Source of the DNA: an uncultured Dehalococcoidales bacterium
GTDB lineage: Bacteria; Chloroflexota; Dehalococcoidia; Dehalococcoidales; CAYYQY01
DNA length: 64,000 nucleotides
Direction: 5' to 3'
Assembly: GCA_964473905.1 (NCBI GenBank)
Contig: CAYYQY010000001.1
Coordinates: 2,963 to 66,962, forward strand
The position numbers were made by a program, and so were the translations under genes. Shown here one piece after another: positions 46,527 through 57,551 of this stretch (the stretch's first letter is position 1; each line of letters starts with the position of its first letter). Below the pieces are notes generated by a model. The model did not search any database, was not told the origin of the DNA, and saw nothing but the letters and a program-made list of their open reading frames with translations.

Positions 46527-47132
46527 GTGTATGTTATGTTAGCACTGAGCGACCTTTGCCAAAAAGTATCAAGCTGTCAGGACTGCGGACTGGCTAAAAC
46601 CCGGACAAAAGTAGTACCCGGTGAGGGGGCCGAGGCAGCCGAAATAATGTTTATCGGCGAAGCGCCCGGCTGGCACGAAGACCAGCAGGGACGCCCTTTC
46701 GTTGGCCCGGCAGGGTTATTTCTGGATGAACTCCTGGCCTCCATCAACCTGATACGAAAGCAGGTCTATATTGCCAATGTAATCAAGTGCCGGCCTCCCG
46801 GAAACCGTGACCCTGTGCCCTCTGAAATCACAAGCTGCCGTAAATGGCTGGACCGTCAGATTGACATAATTAACCCACGAATGATAGTGACACTGGGCCG
46901 CTATTCAATGGCCATGTTTTTCCCAGGTGAAAGCATAGGGAAAATACACGGCACTCACCAGAACCACAATAATGTAATCTACTTCGCCATGTACCATCCG
47001 GCAGCGGCACTGCACCAGCAAAGCCTCCGCCAGACTATAAAAGAGGATATGCTCAGGATTCCCGAGCTACTGAAGCAGACACAGACCAAATCTCAGAAAA
47101 CAACAGAAACACAACAGCTAAGTATGTTCTAA
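46527..47132 (+). CDS. uracil-DNA glycosylase, family 4
   Basis: C..C.L, GEAPG..ED..G.PFVG.AG and HPAA motifs. GTG 46527 or ATG 46536 could be the start. Confidence 0.85.
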   Translation: MYVMLALSDLCQKVSSCQDCGLAKTRTKVVPGEGAEAAEIMFIGEAPGWHEDQQGRPFVGPAGLFLDELLASINLIRKQVYIANVIKCRPPGNRDPVPSEITSCRKWLDRQIDIINPRMIVTLGRYSMAMFFPGESIGKIHGTHQNHNNVIYFAMYHPAAALHQQSLRQTIKEDMLRIPELLKQTQTKSQKTTETQQLSMF

Positions 47133-47141
47133 GACCGCACT

Positions 47142-48800
47142 ATGGCTAAATCAAAACTGAAAATAATCCCTCTCGGCGGACTGGGCGAAATCGGCAAGAA
47201 CATGATGGTGATGGAGTATAAAAACGACATCATCATCATTGATGCCGGGCTCATGTTTCCCGAAGAAGAAATGCTGGGCATTGACCTGGTAATCCCCGAC
47301 ATCAGCTATCTGCTGGACAAGCAAGAAAGAATAAAGGGCATATTTATTACTCACGGGCACGAAGACCATATCGGCGCGCTGCCCTATCTGCTCCCACAGT
47401 TGGATGTACCCATATACTCTACCAAACTGACGAGCGGGCTTATTTCGGTGAAACTAAAGAATCGCCGCACACACGCGGACGCCAATTTACAAGTGGTGCC
47501 TTACGGCACCGAGGTTACGGCAGGCAAATTCCGTGTGGAGTTCTTTCACGTATGCCACAGTATACCCGATGCCGCAGGACTCATTATCCATACCCCAGTG
47601 GGTACGGTAGTCCATACCGGAGATTTCAAGCTCGACCACACGCCAGTAGATGGCAAACCCACCGATTTATCGCGGCTGGCCCATCTGGAAAACCAAGGGG
47701 TTTTGTTGCTGCTCTCGGACTCCACCTATGCCGAGTTGCCGGGCTATACACCGTCTGAGAAGATAGTAGGGGAAAACCTGGACCGGGTAATAGCCGGGGC
47801 ACCGGGCCGAGTAATTATCACCACCTTCTCGTCGCTGGTATCCCGCATTCAGCAGGTCATTAATTCAGCCGTAAAGCACGGCCGATATGTTTTTATCGTC
47901 GGCCGCAGCATGAACGATACGGTAGGCATAGCCCTGGAGTTGGGCTATATAAACGCCCCGGAAGGGGTACTGCGCCGGCTGGACGAACTCCGGGGGATGC
48001 CGCACAATAAAATTATCTTTGTGACCACGGGCAGTCAGGGAGAGCCGACTTCCGCACTGGTACGCATAGCCAACCGCGACCACCGCCAGCTTCACATTAT
48101 ACCGGGCGATACGGTGGTCATCTCGGCAACGCCCATACCGGGTAATGAAGCTGTAGTTAACAGAACCGTAGACAATCTGTTCAAACAGGGGGCACAGGTA
48201 CTTTACAACAAGCTGGCACAGGTACATGTCCATGGACACGCGAGCCAGGAGGAGCTGAAGCTCATCCTGAATCTGGTCAAGCCCAAATATTTCATGCCTG
48301 TCCACGGCGAGTATCGCCATTTGACACTGCACGCCAAGCTGGCCGAGTCGATAGGAATACCCGGCGAGAATATATTCGTGCTGGAAGACGGCGACACCCT
48401 GGAAATAAACTCTCAGGGTGGCAAGATAACAGGGAGGATTCCCGCCGGCAACGTTTATGTGGATGGTCTGAGTGTGGGTGGTGTTAATAATGTTGTTCTA
48501 CGCGATAGAAGGATGCTATCACGTGACGGAATAGTAATGGTCATTATAGCCATTAACCGGCAAACCGGAAAACTGGTAGGGCGCCCCGATATTGTGTCAC
48601 GCGGTTTCGTAGACATGGAAGACGCCAAGACTATCATTGAAGAGAGCCGGGACCTGGTAGCCCGAACTCTGGACCACGGCCGTGACCGGTCTGCCGACTG
48701 GGGTTTTATCAGTACCAAAGTTAAAGATGTACTCTCCAAATTTTACTATGACCAGACCAAGCGCCGCCCTATGGTTCTTCCCTTCATGGTACAGGTATAA
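47142..48800 (+). CDS. rnj: ribonuclease J
   Basis: Metallo-beta-lactamase HGHEDHIG motif, beta-CASP region and an RNase J C-terminal domain. Begins LKIIPLGGLGEIGKNM. Confidence 0.93.
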   Translation: MAKSKLKIIPLGGLGEIGKNMMVMEYKNDIIIIDAGLMFPEEEMLGIDLVIPDISYLLDKQERIKGIFITHGHEDHIGALPYLLPQLDVPIYSTKLTSGLISVKLKNRRTHADANLQVVPYGTEVTAGKFRVEFFHVCHSIPDAAGLIIHTPVGTVVHTGDFKLDHTPVDGKPTDLSRLAHLENQGVLLLLSDSTYAELPGYTPSEKIVGENLDRVIAGAPGRVIITTFSSLVSRIQQVINSAVKHGRYVFIVGRSMNDTVGIALELGYINAPEGVLRRLDELRGMPHNKIIFVTTGSQGEPTSALVRIANRDHRQLHIIPGDTVVISATPIPGNEAVVNRTVDNLFKQGAQVLYNKLAQVHVHGHASQEELKLILNLVKPKYFMPVHGEYRHLTLHAKLAESIGIPGENIFVLEDGDTLEINSQGGKITGRIPAGNVYVDGLSVGGVNNVVLRDRRMLSRDGIVMVIIAINRQTGKLVGRPDIVSRGFVDMEDAKTIIEESRDLVARTLDHGRDRSADWGFISTKVKDVLSKFYYDQTKRRPMVLPFMVQV

Positions 48801-48832
48801 TCATAAGTATCCGGTTCACCGAGAGGGATCAC

Positions 48833-51013
48833 GTGACCGCAAAGAAGACCAACGCAAAGGGTAAACCCAGGAACCAGACCAAAGGCAAGATAAAAAAGAA
48901 ATCGTGGCTGAGCCGTTTTTCCCGCTATTTCCTGGTGCCGGTAATTTTCCTTGCCGTAATCGCATGGCTCCTGATATGGCAGTGGCCAGCCATAACTGAA
49001 TGGGTCACCAGCCTTATCACCGGCACTTGGCATCTTTTCGGCTGGGGACTGGTCTTAATGGCAGCCGGTATCGTTTCCATCCTGGTAGCACTTTACTGGA
49101 AACCTGCCTCGTTGATACGTCGCTGGAACAGGTGGCTGGGCAGTATTGCCTTTGGTCTCGCCATCTGGGGCATTCTCGGCCTTTTTTATACGGGTGGCAG
49201 CATCGGCCAGCGCTTCGGCTCTCCCGATTTGGTCGGTCTCTTCAAAATACTGGGGCTAGCCTTGCTGGGCTTTATCTTCATGGCGCCGGGGATTTCCTTC
49301 CGCCTGGCCTCCAGATTTTTTACCTGGCTGAATAAGCAGATGAAGGCGCAACCCCGCCCCAAACCGGTAACACCGTCCCGGCAAAAAACACAGGTACCGC
49401 CCGTGGCCACACCGGTAAGAGAGACTGCCCGGCAGACAGAGATAAAAAGGGAGCCGGAAAAGCCAAAGGCGATGACGACGATTACCCAGGCCCAGCAGGA
49501 GCTCAAGGAAGTAGCGCAGGAGGTATGGAAAAAGTACGGGGAGTCACCGGCCCTGCTTACTGTTGACGGCTGGCGGCTACCGCCGATTGACATACTGGAG
49601 CGGTCTCCGGAGATTGAGTTCAGCCATGCCGATAATCTGCAGCGAGCCCAGCTCATTGAGGACGCCCTGGCCAGCTACGGTGTTGATACCAAAGTGGTGC
49701 AGATAAACGCCGGGCCGACGGTAACCCAGTTTGGCGTTGAGCCGGGTTGGGACCGCAAAATAAAGGAGATAAAAGAGCGGGATAAAGACGGCGGTATACA
49801 CATCCGGGAAGAGGAAATTTCCAAGACCAGGGTTAAAGTAGAAAGAATCACGGGTCTCGCCAACGACCTGGCCCTCAGCTTGGCGGCACCGAGCATCCGT
49901 ATTGAAGCGCCGGTACCGGGCAAATCGGTGGTGGGCATCGAGGTCCCCAATACCATCTCTACCTCGGTGAGCCTGCGCGAGGTAGTGGAGAGCAGCGTCT
50001 TTCAGAAAACGCAGACCAAGACCAGGCTGCCCCTGGCTCTGGGCAAGGGTGCCGGCGGTGAAGCCGTGGTTGGTGACCTGACCAAGATGCCTCACCTGCT
50101 TATCGCCGGGGCTACCGGCAGCGGCAAGACAGTTTGCCTTAACGCCATGATATGCTGCCTCCTTTTACAGAACACTCCTTATGATTTAAAAGTCATCATG
50201 ATTGACCCCAAACGGGTAGAGCTAACCCAATATAACGGCATACCTCAACTGGCAACCCCGGTGATAGTGGACACTACCAAAGCCCTGAATATCCTGCGCT
50301 GGCTTAACAGCGAGATGGATAAGCGATATCAAAAAATGGCCACCGAGGGTGCCCGCAACATAGAGAGCTACAACAAGAACAAATCGACAACCGACAGGTT
50401 CCCCTACGTGGTGCTGGTTATTGATGAGCTGGCCGATTTGATGATGGCCGGTTTCGACGAGGTGGAGCAGATTCTCTGCCGTTTGGCCCAGCTAGCCCGG
50501 GCTACCGGTATCCATCTTATCGTGGCTACCCAGCGCCCATCGGTAGACGTGGTTACCGGTCTGATTAAAGCCAACTTCCCCACCCGCATCAGCTTCGCGG
50601 TTACTTCGCAGATAGACTCCCGTACCATCCTGGATTCCGGCGGCGCCGAGAAGCTACTAGGCAAAGGAGATATGCTCTACATGCCCACCGAGGCAAGCAA
50701 ACCCAAGCGGCTTCAGGGCTGCTATGTTTCCGACCCCGAAATTGAGAGGCTGGTCTATTTCTGGGGAAACCAGCGTAAAGAAGAGGTTACTTCCCTTAAC
50801 ATAGATGATGTTACCGCCGCAGCGGCCACTAAAAAAGAGAGTATTCCCGAAGACCCGCTGCTGGATGCCGCTCGCCAGCTTGCCCAGGAACACAAGAACA
50901 TCTCCACCTCTTACCTGCAACGGCGGCTGCGCATCGGCTACCCACGCGCTGCCCGTATCATGGAGCAGCTCAAGGAAGAGGGCGAAACAGATGAGGAAGA
51001 AAAGGGGGAGTAG
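48833..51013 (+). CDS. ftsK: DNA translocase FtsK
   Basis: N-terminal TM helices and a Pro/Lys-rich linker. Motor domain with Walker A GATGSGKT and Walker B VVLVIDELADL, plus a C-terminal gamma wHTH (YLQRRLRIGYPRAARIMEQL). Confidence 0.95.
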   Translation: MTAKKTNAKGKPRNQTKGKIKKKSWLSRFSRYFLVPVIFLAVIAWLLIWQWPAITEWVTSLITGTWHLFGWGLVLMAAGIVSILVALYWKPASLIRRWNRWLGSIAFGLAIWGILGLFYTGGSIGQRFGSPDLVGLFKILGLALLGFIFMAPGISFRLASRFFTWLNKQMKAQPRPKPVTPSRQKTQVPPVATPVRETARQTEIKREPEKPKAMTTITQAQQELKEVAQEVWKKYGESPALLTVDGWRLPPIDILERSPEIEFSHADNLQRAQLIEDALASYGVDTKVVQINAGPTVTQFGVEPGWDRKIKEIKERDKDGGIHIREEEISKTRVKVERITGLANDLALSLAAPSIRIEAPVPGKSVVGIEVPNTISTSVSLREVVESSVFQKTQTKTRLPLALGKGAGGEAVVGDLTKMPHLLIAGATGSGKTVCLNAMICCLLLQNTPYDLKVIMIDPKRVELTQYNGIPQLATPVIVDTTKALNILRWLNSEMDKRYQKMATEGARNIESYNKNKSTTDRFPYVVLVIDELADLMMAGFDEVEQILCRLAQLARATGIHLIVATQRPSVDVVTGLIKANFPTRISFAVTSQIDSRTILDSGGAEKLLGKGDMLYMPTEASKPKRLQGCYVSDPEIERLVYFWGNQRKEEVTSLNIDDVTAAAATKKESIPEDPLLDAARQLAQEHKNISTSYLQRRLRIGYPRAARIMEQLKEEGETDEEEKGE

Positions 51014-51036
51014 TCAGCCGGCTGCTACGGCGGACT

Positions 51037-51168
51037 TTATTTCTCCTGACGCCTGAGCCGCTTGATAATGGCATCTATATATATCCTGGCCAGGTTTTTA
51101 CCGTGCTTGGGCATTCGCTCCCGTTTTTTGCGGAGCTTCTTCTCCCGACGCTCCTGCCTGCTCTCCAT
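51037..51168 (-). CDS. candidate 43-aa highly basic small protein
   Basis: The ATG lies 1 nt after the uvrB TGA (TGAtATG). Sequence is MESRQERREKKLRKKRERMPKHGKNLARIYIDAIIKRLRRQEK. It is below the ORF-track cutoff and has no separate SD. Confidence 0.3.
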   Translation of the reverse strand: MESRQERREKKLRKKRERMPKHGKNLARIYIDAIIKRLRRQEK

Positions 51169-51169
51169 A

Positions 51170-53140
51170 TCACTCACTTAAGTCTTGCCTCAGCCCACTT
51201 ATCCTGTCCCGGAGCAGGGCTGCTTTTTCAAACTCAAGGGTTCTCGCCGCTGTCTTCATCTGTGCTTCCAGCTCTCGGATGAGACGGGCAATATCTTCCC
51301 TAGCCACCGGTACCGCCTGAGACGGGACACGTTTTTCCGCTACCGCCCGCACCCGCTCTGTAATATCCTTGATTGCCTTCCTTATACCCTGGGGCGTTAT
51401 GTTATGCTCCCTATTATACTCTTCCTGAATCTGGCGGCGGCGCTGCGTCTCCGCTATGGCCACCTCCATAGACCGGGTAACCCGATCGGCATACATAATA
51501 ACATGTCCGTCTATGTGACGGGCGGTACGCCCCATCGTCTGAATCAGTGCTTCCCTTGACCTGAGGAAGCCCTCCTTATCCGCATCCAGAATAGCCACCA
51601 GGCTTACCTCAGGCAAATCCAGGCCCTCCCGGAGCAGATTTATACCCACTACCACGTCATATACCCCCAGACGGAGGTCACGCAGTATCTCCACCCTTTC
51701 CAGCGTATCAACCTCGGAATGGAGGTAATGCGTCTTTATCGCCATTTCGGCAAGGTAATCAGCCATCTCCTCGGCCATACGCTTGGTAAGCGTGGTCACG
51801 AGACAGCGCTCTCCTTTTTCAACCCGGGTCTTGATCTGGTAGAGCAGGTCATCAATCTGCCCTTTAGTCGGTTTCACCTCAACCGTGGGCTCAAGAAGTC
51901 CGGTAGGCCGTACCACCTGCTCCACCACCTGCTGGCTGTGCTCAAATTCATAGCTGGACGGTGTCGCCGAGGTATAGACTACCTGGTTAATATGCCTGTT
52001 AAACTCGCTGAAGTTTAACGGTCTATTGTCCAGTGCCGAAGGCAGACGGAAGCCGTAATCAACCAGAGTCTGCTTCCGGGAACGGTCACCGTTATACATG
52101 CCACGAATCTGAGGCAGGGTCATGTGTGATTCATCGATAAACAGCATAAAGTCCGGGGGGAAATAGTCCAGCAGTGTAGAGGGCGGGCTGCCCGGTAAAC
52201 GCCCGGACAGGTGACGGGAGTAGTTCTCCACTCCGGCACAATAACCCGTTTCTCGCAGCATCTCCATATCGTAGTTGGTGCGGGCCTCAAGCCGCGCCGC
52301 CTCCAGCAACTTGCCCTGCTGCTTGAGTTCACTGAGTATTGCCTTGAGCTCCTCATTAATACTGTCTATAGCGCTCATCAGCCTGTCATACGAGGTAACG
52401 AAATGCTTGGCGGGATAGATGTCCACTGAATCCAGATGGCTCAGTATCTCACCGGTGAGCGGGTCGATTTGCAAAATACGCTCAATATCATCGCCGAAAA
52501 ACTCTATCCGCAAGGCCATCTCCTCGTAGGCGGGCTGTATTTCCAGGGTATCACCGCGGACGCGGAAGTTGCCCCGGGTAAAGTCTATATCGTTACGCTT
52601 ATACTGCATATCTACGAAGCGGCGCAGGACTTCGTCACGGCTGTAGCTATTACCCCGCTTCAGGGTACAGACAAAGTTATAGTATTCCTCGGGAGAACCG
52701 AGGCCATAGATACAGGAGACAGAAGCCACGACAATAACGTCACGTCTCGTGAAAAGAGCACGGGTGGTGGCATGACGCAGCTTGTCAATCTCCTCATTTA
52801 TATCGGCATCCTTCTCGATGTACATATCCTTCTGGGGAATATACGCTTCAGGCTGGTAATAATCATAGTAGCTTACGAAGTATTCCACGGCATTATGCGG
52901 GAAAAACTCCCTGAATTCGGTGCTGAGTTGTGCCGCCAGGGTCTTATTGTGGCATAATACCAGGGTCGGTTTCTGCACCCGTTCAATGACATTAGCCATG
53001 GTAAAGGTCTTACCACTGCCGGTAACCCCCATCAGCGTCTGCCGCTTGAGTCCCCGGTTTAACCCGTCTGCCAGACTGGCTACTGCCTCGGGCTGGTCTC
53101 CCGTCATCCCGAAATCGGCAACTATTTCAAATCTGGACAT
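51170..53140 (-). CDS. uvrB: excinuclease ABC subunit B
   Basis: GVTGSGKT Walker A, DESH box, helicase motifs and a C-terminal UVR domain ([13 protein letters not shown]). Confidence 0.97.
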   Translation of the reverse strand: MSRFEIVADFGMTGDQPEAVASLADGLNRGLKRQTLMGVTGSGKTFTMANVIERVQKPTLVLCHNKTLAAQLSTEFREFFPHNAVEYFVSYYDYYQPEAYIPQKDMYIEKDADINEEIDKLRHATTRALFTRRDVIVVASVSCIYGLGSPEEYYNFVCTLKRGNSYSRDEVLRRFVDMQYKRNDIDFTRGNFRVRGDTLEIQPAYEEMALRIEFFGDDIERILQIDPLTGEILSHLDSVDIYPAKHFVTSYDRLMSAIDSINEELKAILSELKQQGKLLEAARLEARTNYDMEMLRETGYCAGVENYSRHLSGRLPGSPPSTLLDYFPPDFMLFIDESHMTLPQIRGMYNGDRSRKQTLVDYGFRLPSALDNRPLNFSEFNRHINQVVYTSATPSSYEFEHSQQVVEQVVRPTGLLEPTVEVKPTKGQIDDLLYQIKTRVEKGERCLVTTLTKRMAEEMADYLAEMAIKTHYLHSEVDTLERVEILRDLRLGVYDVVVGINLLREGLDLPEVSLVAILDADKEGFLRSREALIQTMGRTARHIDGHVIMYADRVTRSMEVAIAETQRRRQIQEEYNREHNITPQGIRKAIKDITERVRAVAEKRVPSQAVPVAREDIARLIRELEAQMKTAARTLEFEKAALLRDRISGLRQDLSE

Positions 53141-53484
53141 AGTATATTACCTGTAAACAGTATATCTTTTCAGGGTACGGGTTACAATTTTCATTAACTG
53201 CGCTATAAACAGCCAGATATGGCGAAGCCCGCTCCGCCTATGGGCAGTGAATACAACATGTGTATTCTATGGCAGGTTATTTTCCCGCACCGGCACCGTG
53301 GAAATAAATATTATCCCCCCTGTGGGTAACAGCATAGGAAGTAACTAATCCGACATGATATTACGCTATTTGCGCCTCCAGGGAAAACAACCGGCCGGGA
53401 GCTTTACGCCTTCAGGATATCATTGCTATACTCTGGTGATGGGTTATTACCAGTAACAGTAGTTTGATACAGGAGGCAACCAGC

Positions 53485-53667
53485 ATGCCCGACGGCAGAC
53501 GTGACCCGGAAAAGAAGTATCACCTCTTGGGTTGGGGGCTTTTCATAGTATGTGCCGGTTTCTTCATCGCCTCGAGCGTTGAAGCCGGCAGTATGCTGAC
53601 CCTTTATGCCAGCATTATCTTCCTTCTGGCCTGTATAGTCTTTATTATTCCGCTGTTAAAGCGGTAA
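53485..53667 (+). CDS. small two-TM membrane protein
   Basis: ATG 53485 preceded by CAGGAGG, within ORF 53464-53667. Hydrophobic 60-aa product. Confidence 0.5.
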   Translation: MPDGRRDPEKKYHLLGWGLFIVCAGFFIASSVEAGSMLTLYASIIFLLACIVFIIPLLKR

Positions 53668-53673
53668 GATTAT

Positions 53674-54156
53674 TTATTGTGGCGCTACCGGGTATACTTC
53701 TTTATTTCCCCGGGAGCCGGGCACGGGCCCCAGCAAGGTAGGTACCACGGAATTTCTTACCACTTTATCGGCCACACTGCCAAAAGCCCAGCGCAAGATA
53801 CCCGTCCGGCCGTGGGTGGACATCATAATCAGGCCTACCCCGTTATCCTCAGCATATTTTAATATCTCATCGGCCGGGTTTCCGGCAACAACCACGGTAA
53901 TGGCGTTCACCCCGGCCTGCTTTAGCTCTTCGGCCACACCGGCGAGGTAAGAAAGCATCTCTTCACGGTAAACCTCGTCCAGCTTTATGGCCACATCAGC
54001 GCTGAGTGTCTCCTGCACCTGCTTGTCCATAGGCTCGCGCACCCTGAGCAACGTCACCTCGGGAACACTGCAACCGACAGCAATTCTAATAACGTGCTCT
54101 ATAATGGATTTTGACAGCTCGGAACCGTCCAGGGGAACCAGTATTTTCTTATACAT
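53674..54156 (-). CDS. universal stress protein (UspA family)
   Basis: MYKKILVPLDGSELS start and G..GLIMMSTHGRTG ATP-binding motif. Confidence 0.85.
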   Translation of the reverse strand: MYKKILVPLDGSELSKSIIEHVIRIAVGCSVPEVTLLRVREPMDKQVQETLSADVAIKLDEVYREEMLSYLAGVAEELKQAGVNAITVVVAGNPADEILKYAEDNGVGLIMMSTHGRTGILRWAFGSVADKVVRNSVVPTLLGPVPGSRGNKEVYPVAPQ

Positions 54157-54311
54157 CTTAGGCCTCGCTTAATAAATATCTACTGCCATGGGACTGTCAT
54201 ATCTATTATACATCCGTATAACGAAATCAAGGGTAAACCGAAACGTAAACCGGTTAACCTGGCGCTAATGACAGACTACCGCTTCAGTTGGAAATAGCCA
54301 TCGCTACCAGG

Positions 54312-54530
54312 CTAATCCCTTCTGAACTGGGCTCTTAAGGCTTCGGCTGCCCGCTGCTTTTCATACTCCTCCTCGCTGAGGGGCTCACAGGACTTAAGCT
54401 CGTTGTTCTTGAGGCTAATGGTAAAAAGCGCCCGGCATTTCCAGCAACGGTACGGCCCCTGGTATACCGGCTCAACCAGAGACATACTACCTTCGGTCTC
54501 ACATTTAGGGCATTTAATCTTAATAAACAT
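54312..54530 (-). CDS. zinc-ribbon small protein
   Basis: 72-aa ORF with CPKC....17....CWKC knuckles and an acidic/basic C-terminal helix. Confidence 0.55.
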   Translation of the reverse strand: MFIKIKCPKCETEGSMSLVEPVYQGPYRCWKCRALFTISLKNNELKSCEPLSEEEYEKQRAAEALRAQFRRD

Positions 54531-54617
54531 AGCTCAATCCGTCTCCTTCCTGTTATTCATCTCTCCGTCTTCAACTATATGGATATAGGCCAGATGTCTT
54601 TCTGCTAACTGGCCAAT

Positions 54618-55019
54618 TTACTTTGCTGCGGGCACGAATTCAAGTGCTACCGAGTTAAGGCAGTAACGCAGTCCGCCAGATGGCGGGCCATCATCAAATA
54701 CGTGTCCGAGGTGAGCGTCACACCGCCAGCAGAGTACCTCGGTCCTTATCATGCCCTGCGACCTGTCAAGCGCGGTGGCCACGCTATAATCCGAAAGGGG
54801 AACGCGGAAGCTAGGCCAGCCTGTACCGGAATCAAACTTGGTATCGGAGCCAAAGAGACCATTCTCACAGCATACGCACCGGTATACTCCCTCTCCCTTG
54901 AAATCCCAGTACTTGCCGGTAAACGGAGCTTCGGTCCCCCTGTTGCGGGTAGACTCATACTGCTCCGGAGTCAACCGCTTGCGCCACTCGGCATCGCTTT
55001 TAACTATTTTACTGACCAT
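54618..55019 (-). CDS. msrB: peptide-methionine (R)-S-oxide reductase
   Basis: CxxC...CxxC zinc site (CVCC, CWRC), GWPSF and the HLGHVF..GP motif. Start moved to ATG 55019 after GGGAG. Confidence 0.93.
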   Translation of the reverse strand: MVSKIVKSDAEWRKRLTPEQYESTRNRGTEAPFTGKYWDFKGEGVYRCVCCENGLFGSDTKFDSGTGWPSFRVPLSDYSVATALDRSQGMIRTEVLCWRCDAHLGHVFDDGPPSGGLRYCLNSVALEFVPAAK

Positions 55020-55060
55020 AGCCAGACTCCCACCGCGCACCTTATTTCTCCGTGCGGAAG

Positions 55061-55582
55061 CTAATTTATAGCTACGAGTTCAATTTCAAAAGTCAGGTCT
55101 TCCCCCGCCAGATGGTGATTAGCATCCAGCGTCACACTCGTTTCAGTCACATCAATAACCTCAGCCACAACCTGCTGACCGCTATCAAGATAGGCACTCA
55201 TGCGCTGCCCAAGCACCGGTTCTTTATCCAGCGGGAACTCCTCGCGGGTCAAGGTTATCAGCAGGTCTTCCCGGTACGGGCCGTATGCTTCCGCCGCCGG
55301 AATCACCACCGTCCTTGACTGGCCAACCTGCATACCGAGTACCGCCTCATCAAAGCCGGCAATCACTTGGCCAGCCCCCACCGTAAACTGAAAGGGGTCA
55401 CGGTTAACGGAGCTATCAAAAACAGTGCCGTCATCCAGGCTGCCGGTATAGTGCACCTTGACGGTATCCCCTTCCTTGGCTACCGCCCCATCTCCGCCCG
55501 AACACGAAAAGCCAAGTAAAGCCCCGGCAAGCAGAACTACGACACCCAGTAGCATCAGTATCCTGGTTTGAGATTTATTCAT
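55061..55582 (-). CDS. FKBP-type peptidyl-prolyl isomerase (SlyD-like), lipoprotein signal
   Basis: Signal peptide with LGFSC lipobox. FKBP core [16 protein letters not shown]....F.VGAGQVI.GFDEAV.GM. Confidence 0.85.
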   Translation of the reverse strand: MNKSQTRILMLLGVVVLLAGALLGFSCSGGDGAVAKEGDTVKVHYTGSLDDGTVFDSSVNRDPFQFTVGAGQVIAGFDEAVLGMQVGQSRTVVIPAAEAYGPYREDLLITLTREEFPLDKEPVLGQRMSAYLDSGQQVVAEVIDVTETSVTLDANHHLAGEDLTFEIELVAIN

Positions 55583-55597
55583 ATTTCGCTCCCCCTA

Positions 55598-56182
55598 TTA
55601 TTTCGTCCCGAAGTATTGTAACGCAAGCCTAATCTTATCTTCCAGACCGAGGTCGGTAGACACCGGCAGACTGGCTATAGCCTGGCTTGCCTCGGTAACG
55701 GAATAGCCGAGGGTCAGAAGTGCCGAAACTACGTCGGTGTTTTCCTGTGCTACCTGGATAATAGGCGTGGCTATAAATCCGGCGCCTACCTTATCTTTAA
55801 GCTCCAGGACAAGACGGCTGGCCATCTTTTTACCTATGCCGGGAATGGACGTAAGCAACTCGGTGCTGCCGGTGGCGATAGCCATGGCCAGCTTGTCTAC
55901 CTCCATAGCCGAAAGCATAGCCAGGGCCAGCCGGGGGCCCAGCCCCGAAACACCGATAAGAATCTGGAAGAGCTGAAGCTCTTCCATGACGGCGAAGCCA
56001 TATAGAGTAGCACCGTCATCCCGGACAAGAAAGTGGGTGTAAAGTCGCACCTCTTCTCCTGCCTTGCCCAGGCTACTCCGCGTTGTGGTAGACGTATGCA
56101 CCTGAAAACCAACACCGCCGACATTGATAATAACCCAGTCACCACCCAGTGTCTCCAGTATGCCGCTCAGACTCGCTATCAT
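55598..56182 (-). CDS. ruvA: Holliday junction branch migration protein RuvA
   Basis: MIASLSG start, GVGF.V OB domain and two HhH motifs (GVSGLGPRLA, IPGIGKKMA). Confidence 0.93.
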   Translation of the reverse strand: MIASLSGILETLGGDWVIINVGGVGFQVHTSTTTRSSLGKAGEEVRLYTHFLVRDDGATLYGFAVMEELQLFQILIGVSGLGPRLALAMLSAMEVDKLAMAIATGSTELLTSIPGIGKKMASRLVLELKDKVGAGFIATPIIQVAQENTDVVSALLTLGYSVTEASQAIASLPVSTDLGLEDKIRLALQYFGTK

Positions 56183-56694
56183 CTACCGTCTCCCTGTTCC
56201 TGCCGGGCTAGAATACCTGCCAGATGTACCTCGCGCACGTGGCAGATAGCCACCGCCAGAGCATCGGCGGCATCGTTCGGCTCAGGCACCTCACACAGCC
56301 CGAGTTGAAGTTTTACCATCTCCTGCACCTGTTCCTTGCTGCTGGCCCCGTAGTCGGTCACCACCCTTTTGATCTGGGTAGGCGTATATTCACAGGCGGG
56401 TACGGCATGCTGTGCAGCGACCAAAATAGCCACTGCCTGTGCCCGGCCTATAGCCAGCGCCGACTTGACATTCCTCGCTAAAAAGGGCTGCTCTATAGCC
56501 ACCACATCCGGCTGGCAGCGCGATATAATCTCCGAAAGCTGCCCATAGATATAGCTTAAGCGCTCCCCGATAGGAGAGCGCTCAGAACAGACCAGGGCCC
56601 CGTAATCAACCAGAGCTATCTCCCCATCCTTTTCCTCTATTACCCCGTATCCTGTCTTTACCGTGCCCGGGTCAATACCTAATACCCTCATCAC
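56179..56694 (-). CDS. ruvC: crossover junction endodeoxyribonuclease RuvC
   Basis: RVLGIDPG..KTGYGVI and the catalytic DAADALA motif. 4-nt overlap with ruvA. Confidence 0.93.
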   Translation of the reverse strand: MMRVLGIDPGTVKTGYGVIEEKDGEIALVDYGALVCSERSPIGERLSYIYGQLSEIISRCQPDVVAIEQPFLARNVKSALAIGRAQAVAILVAAQHAVPACEYTPTQIKRVVTDYGASSKEQVQEMVKLQLGLCEVPEPNDAADALAVAICHVREVHLAGILARQEQGDGR

Positions 56695-56739
56695 AAAACC
56701 ATATTAAAACTCTCTAAATATTTTGCCTCCATGGTTAGG

Positions 56740-57495
56740 CTAGCTACCAGCGCGATACTTTTCCAAAACAGAGTCAGTAAAGTCCGCATTACTGGACACA
56801 CGCTGCACCTCGTCCAGTTCCTCCAGCTTGTCCAGTAACCTGAGCGCCTGCATAGCCTCCTTTTCGCCAAGCTCAATCATGGTGTTCGGTATCATGGATA
56901 GCTCGGTGGACGAAAGCGAGTACTTATTTTGCTCCAGCGCTTCTTTAACCTTTTCCAACTCCCCGGGTTTAGTATATATCTCCACAAACTCGTCTTCTAT
57001 CTTCACATCCTCGGCACCGGCATCTATAGCCATGAGGGCCAGCTCTTCCGTATCCAAACCGCCAGCCGGCACAACGATAAGTCCCTTAAGCTCAAAAAGC
57101 CAGGCCACGCAACCGCTTTCACCAAGACTACTGTTATGTCGGGTAAAGGCGTTTCTTACCTCCTGCAGCGTCCGGTTACGGTTATCACTCAGGGCCTCTA
57201 CCAGGATAGCCGTGCCGCCAGGGCCATAACCCTCAAGGGTCATCTCCACCAATGTAGCCCCCTCCATCTCCCCACTGCCCCGCTTTATCGCCCTCTCTAC
57301 GTTATCAGACGGCATGTTGCTATCACGGGCCTTCTGTATGGCCAAACGGAGACGGAAGTTGGACTCCGGATTGCTTCCTCCCTGGCGCACCGCTATTATT
57401 ATCTCGCGGGTTAGCTTGGTAAAAAGCTGCCCTCTTCTGGCATCAGTTACTCCCTTCTGATGCTTTATCGAAGACCACTTGGAATGTCCTGACAT
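56740..57495 (-). CDS. yebC: YebC/PmpR family transcriptional regulator
   Basis: MSGHSKWSSIKHQKG signature start. Confidence 0.93.
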   Translation of the reverse strand: MSGHSKWSSIKHQKGVTDARRGQLFTKLTREIIIAVRQGGSNPESNFRLRLAIQKARDSNMPSDNVERAIKRGSGEMEGATLVEMTLEGYGPGGTAILVEALSDNRNRTLQEVRNAFTRHNSSLGESGCVAWLFELKGLIVVPAGGLDTEELALMAIDAGAEDVKIEDEFVEIYTKPGELEKVKEALEQNKYSLSSTELSMIPNTMIELGEKEAMQALRLLDKLEELDEVQRVSSNADFTDSVLEKYRAGS

Positions 57496-57551
57496 TTTCC
57501 CTCTCCTTCAAGCCGCGTAACAAAAACCTTCCTCAATTGTAGCACCTGTTA

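Noticed and set aside
51013-51040. Palindrome CAGCCGGCTG between ftsK and the small ORF, considered as a terminator.
   Set aside because: A perfect palindrome with no loop cannot form a stable hairpin terminator, and there is no U-tract.
53141-53200. LexA/SOS box upstream of uvrB (CTGTAAACAG at ~53152) and upstream of recA (GTTCGTTTGTGC at ~28031).
   Set aside because: Each is only a 4-bp arm palindrome or a single half-site. Neither matches CTGT-N8-ACAG or GAAC-N4-GTTC spacing.
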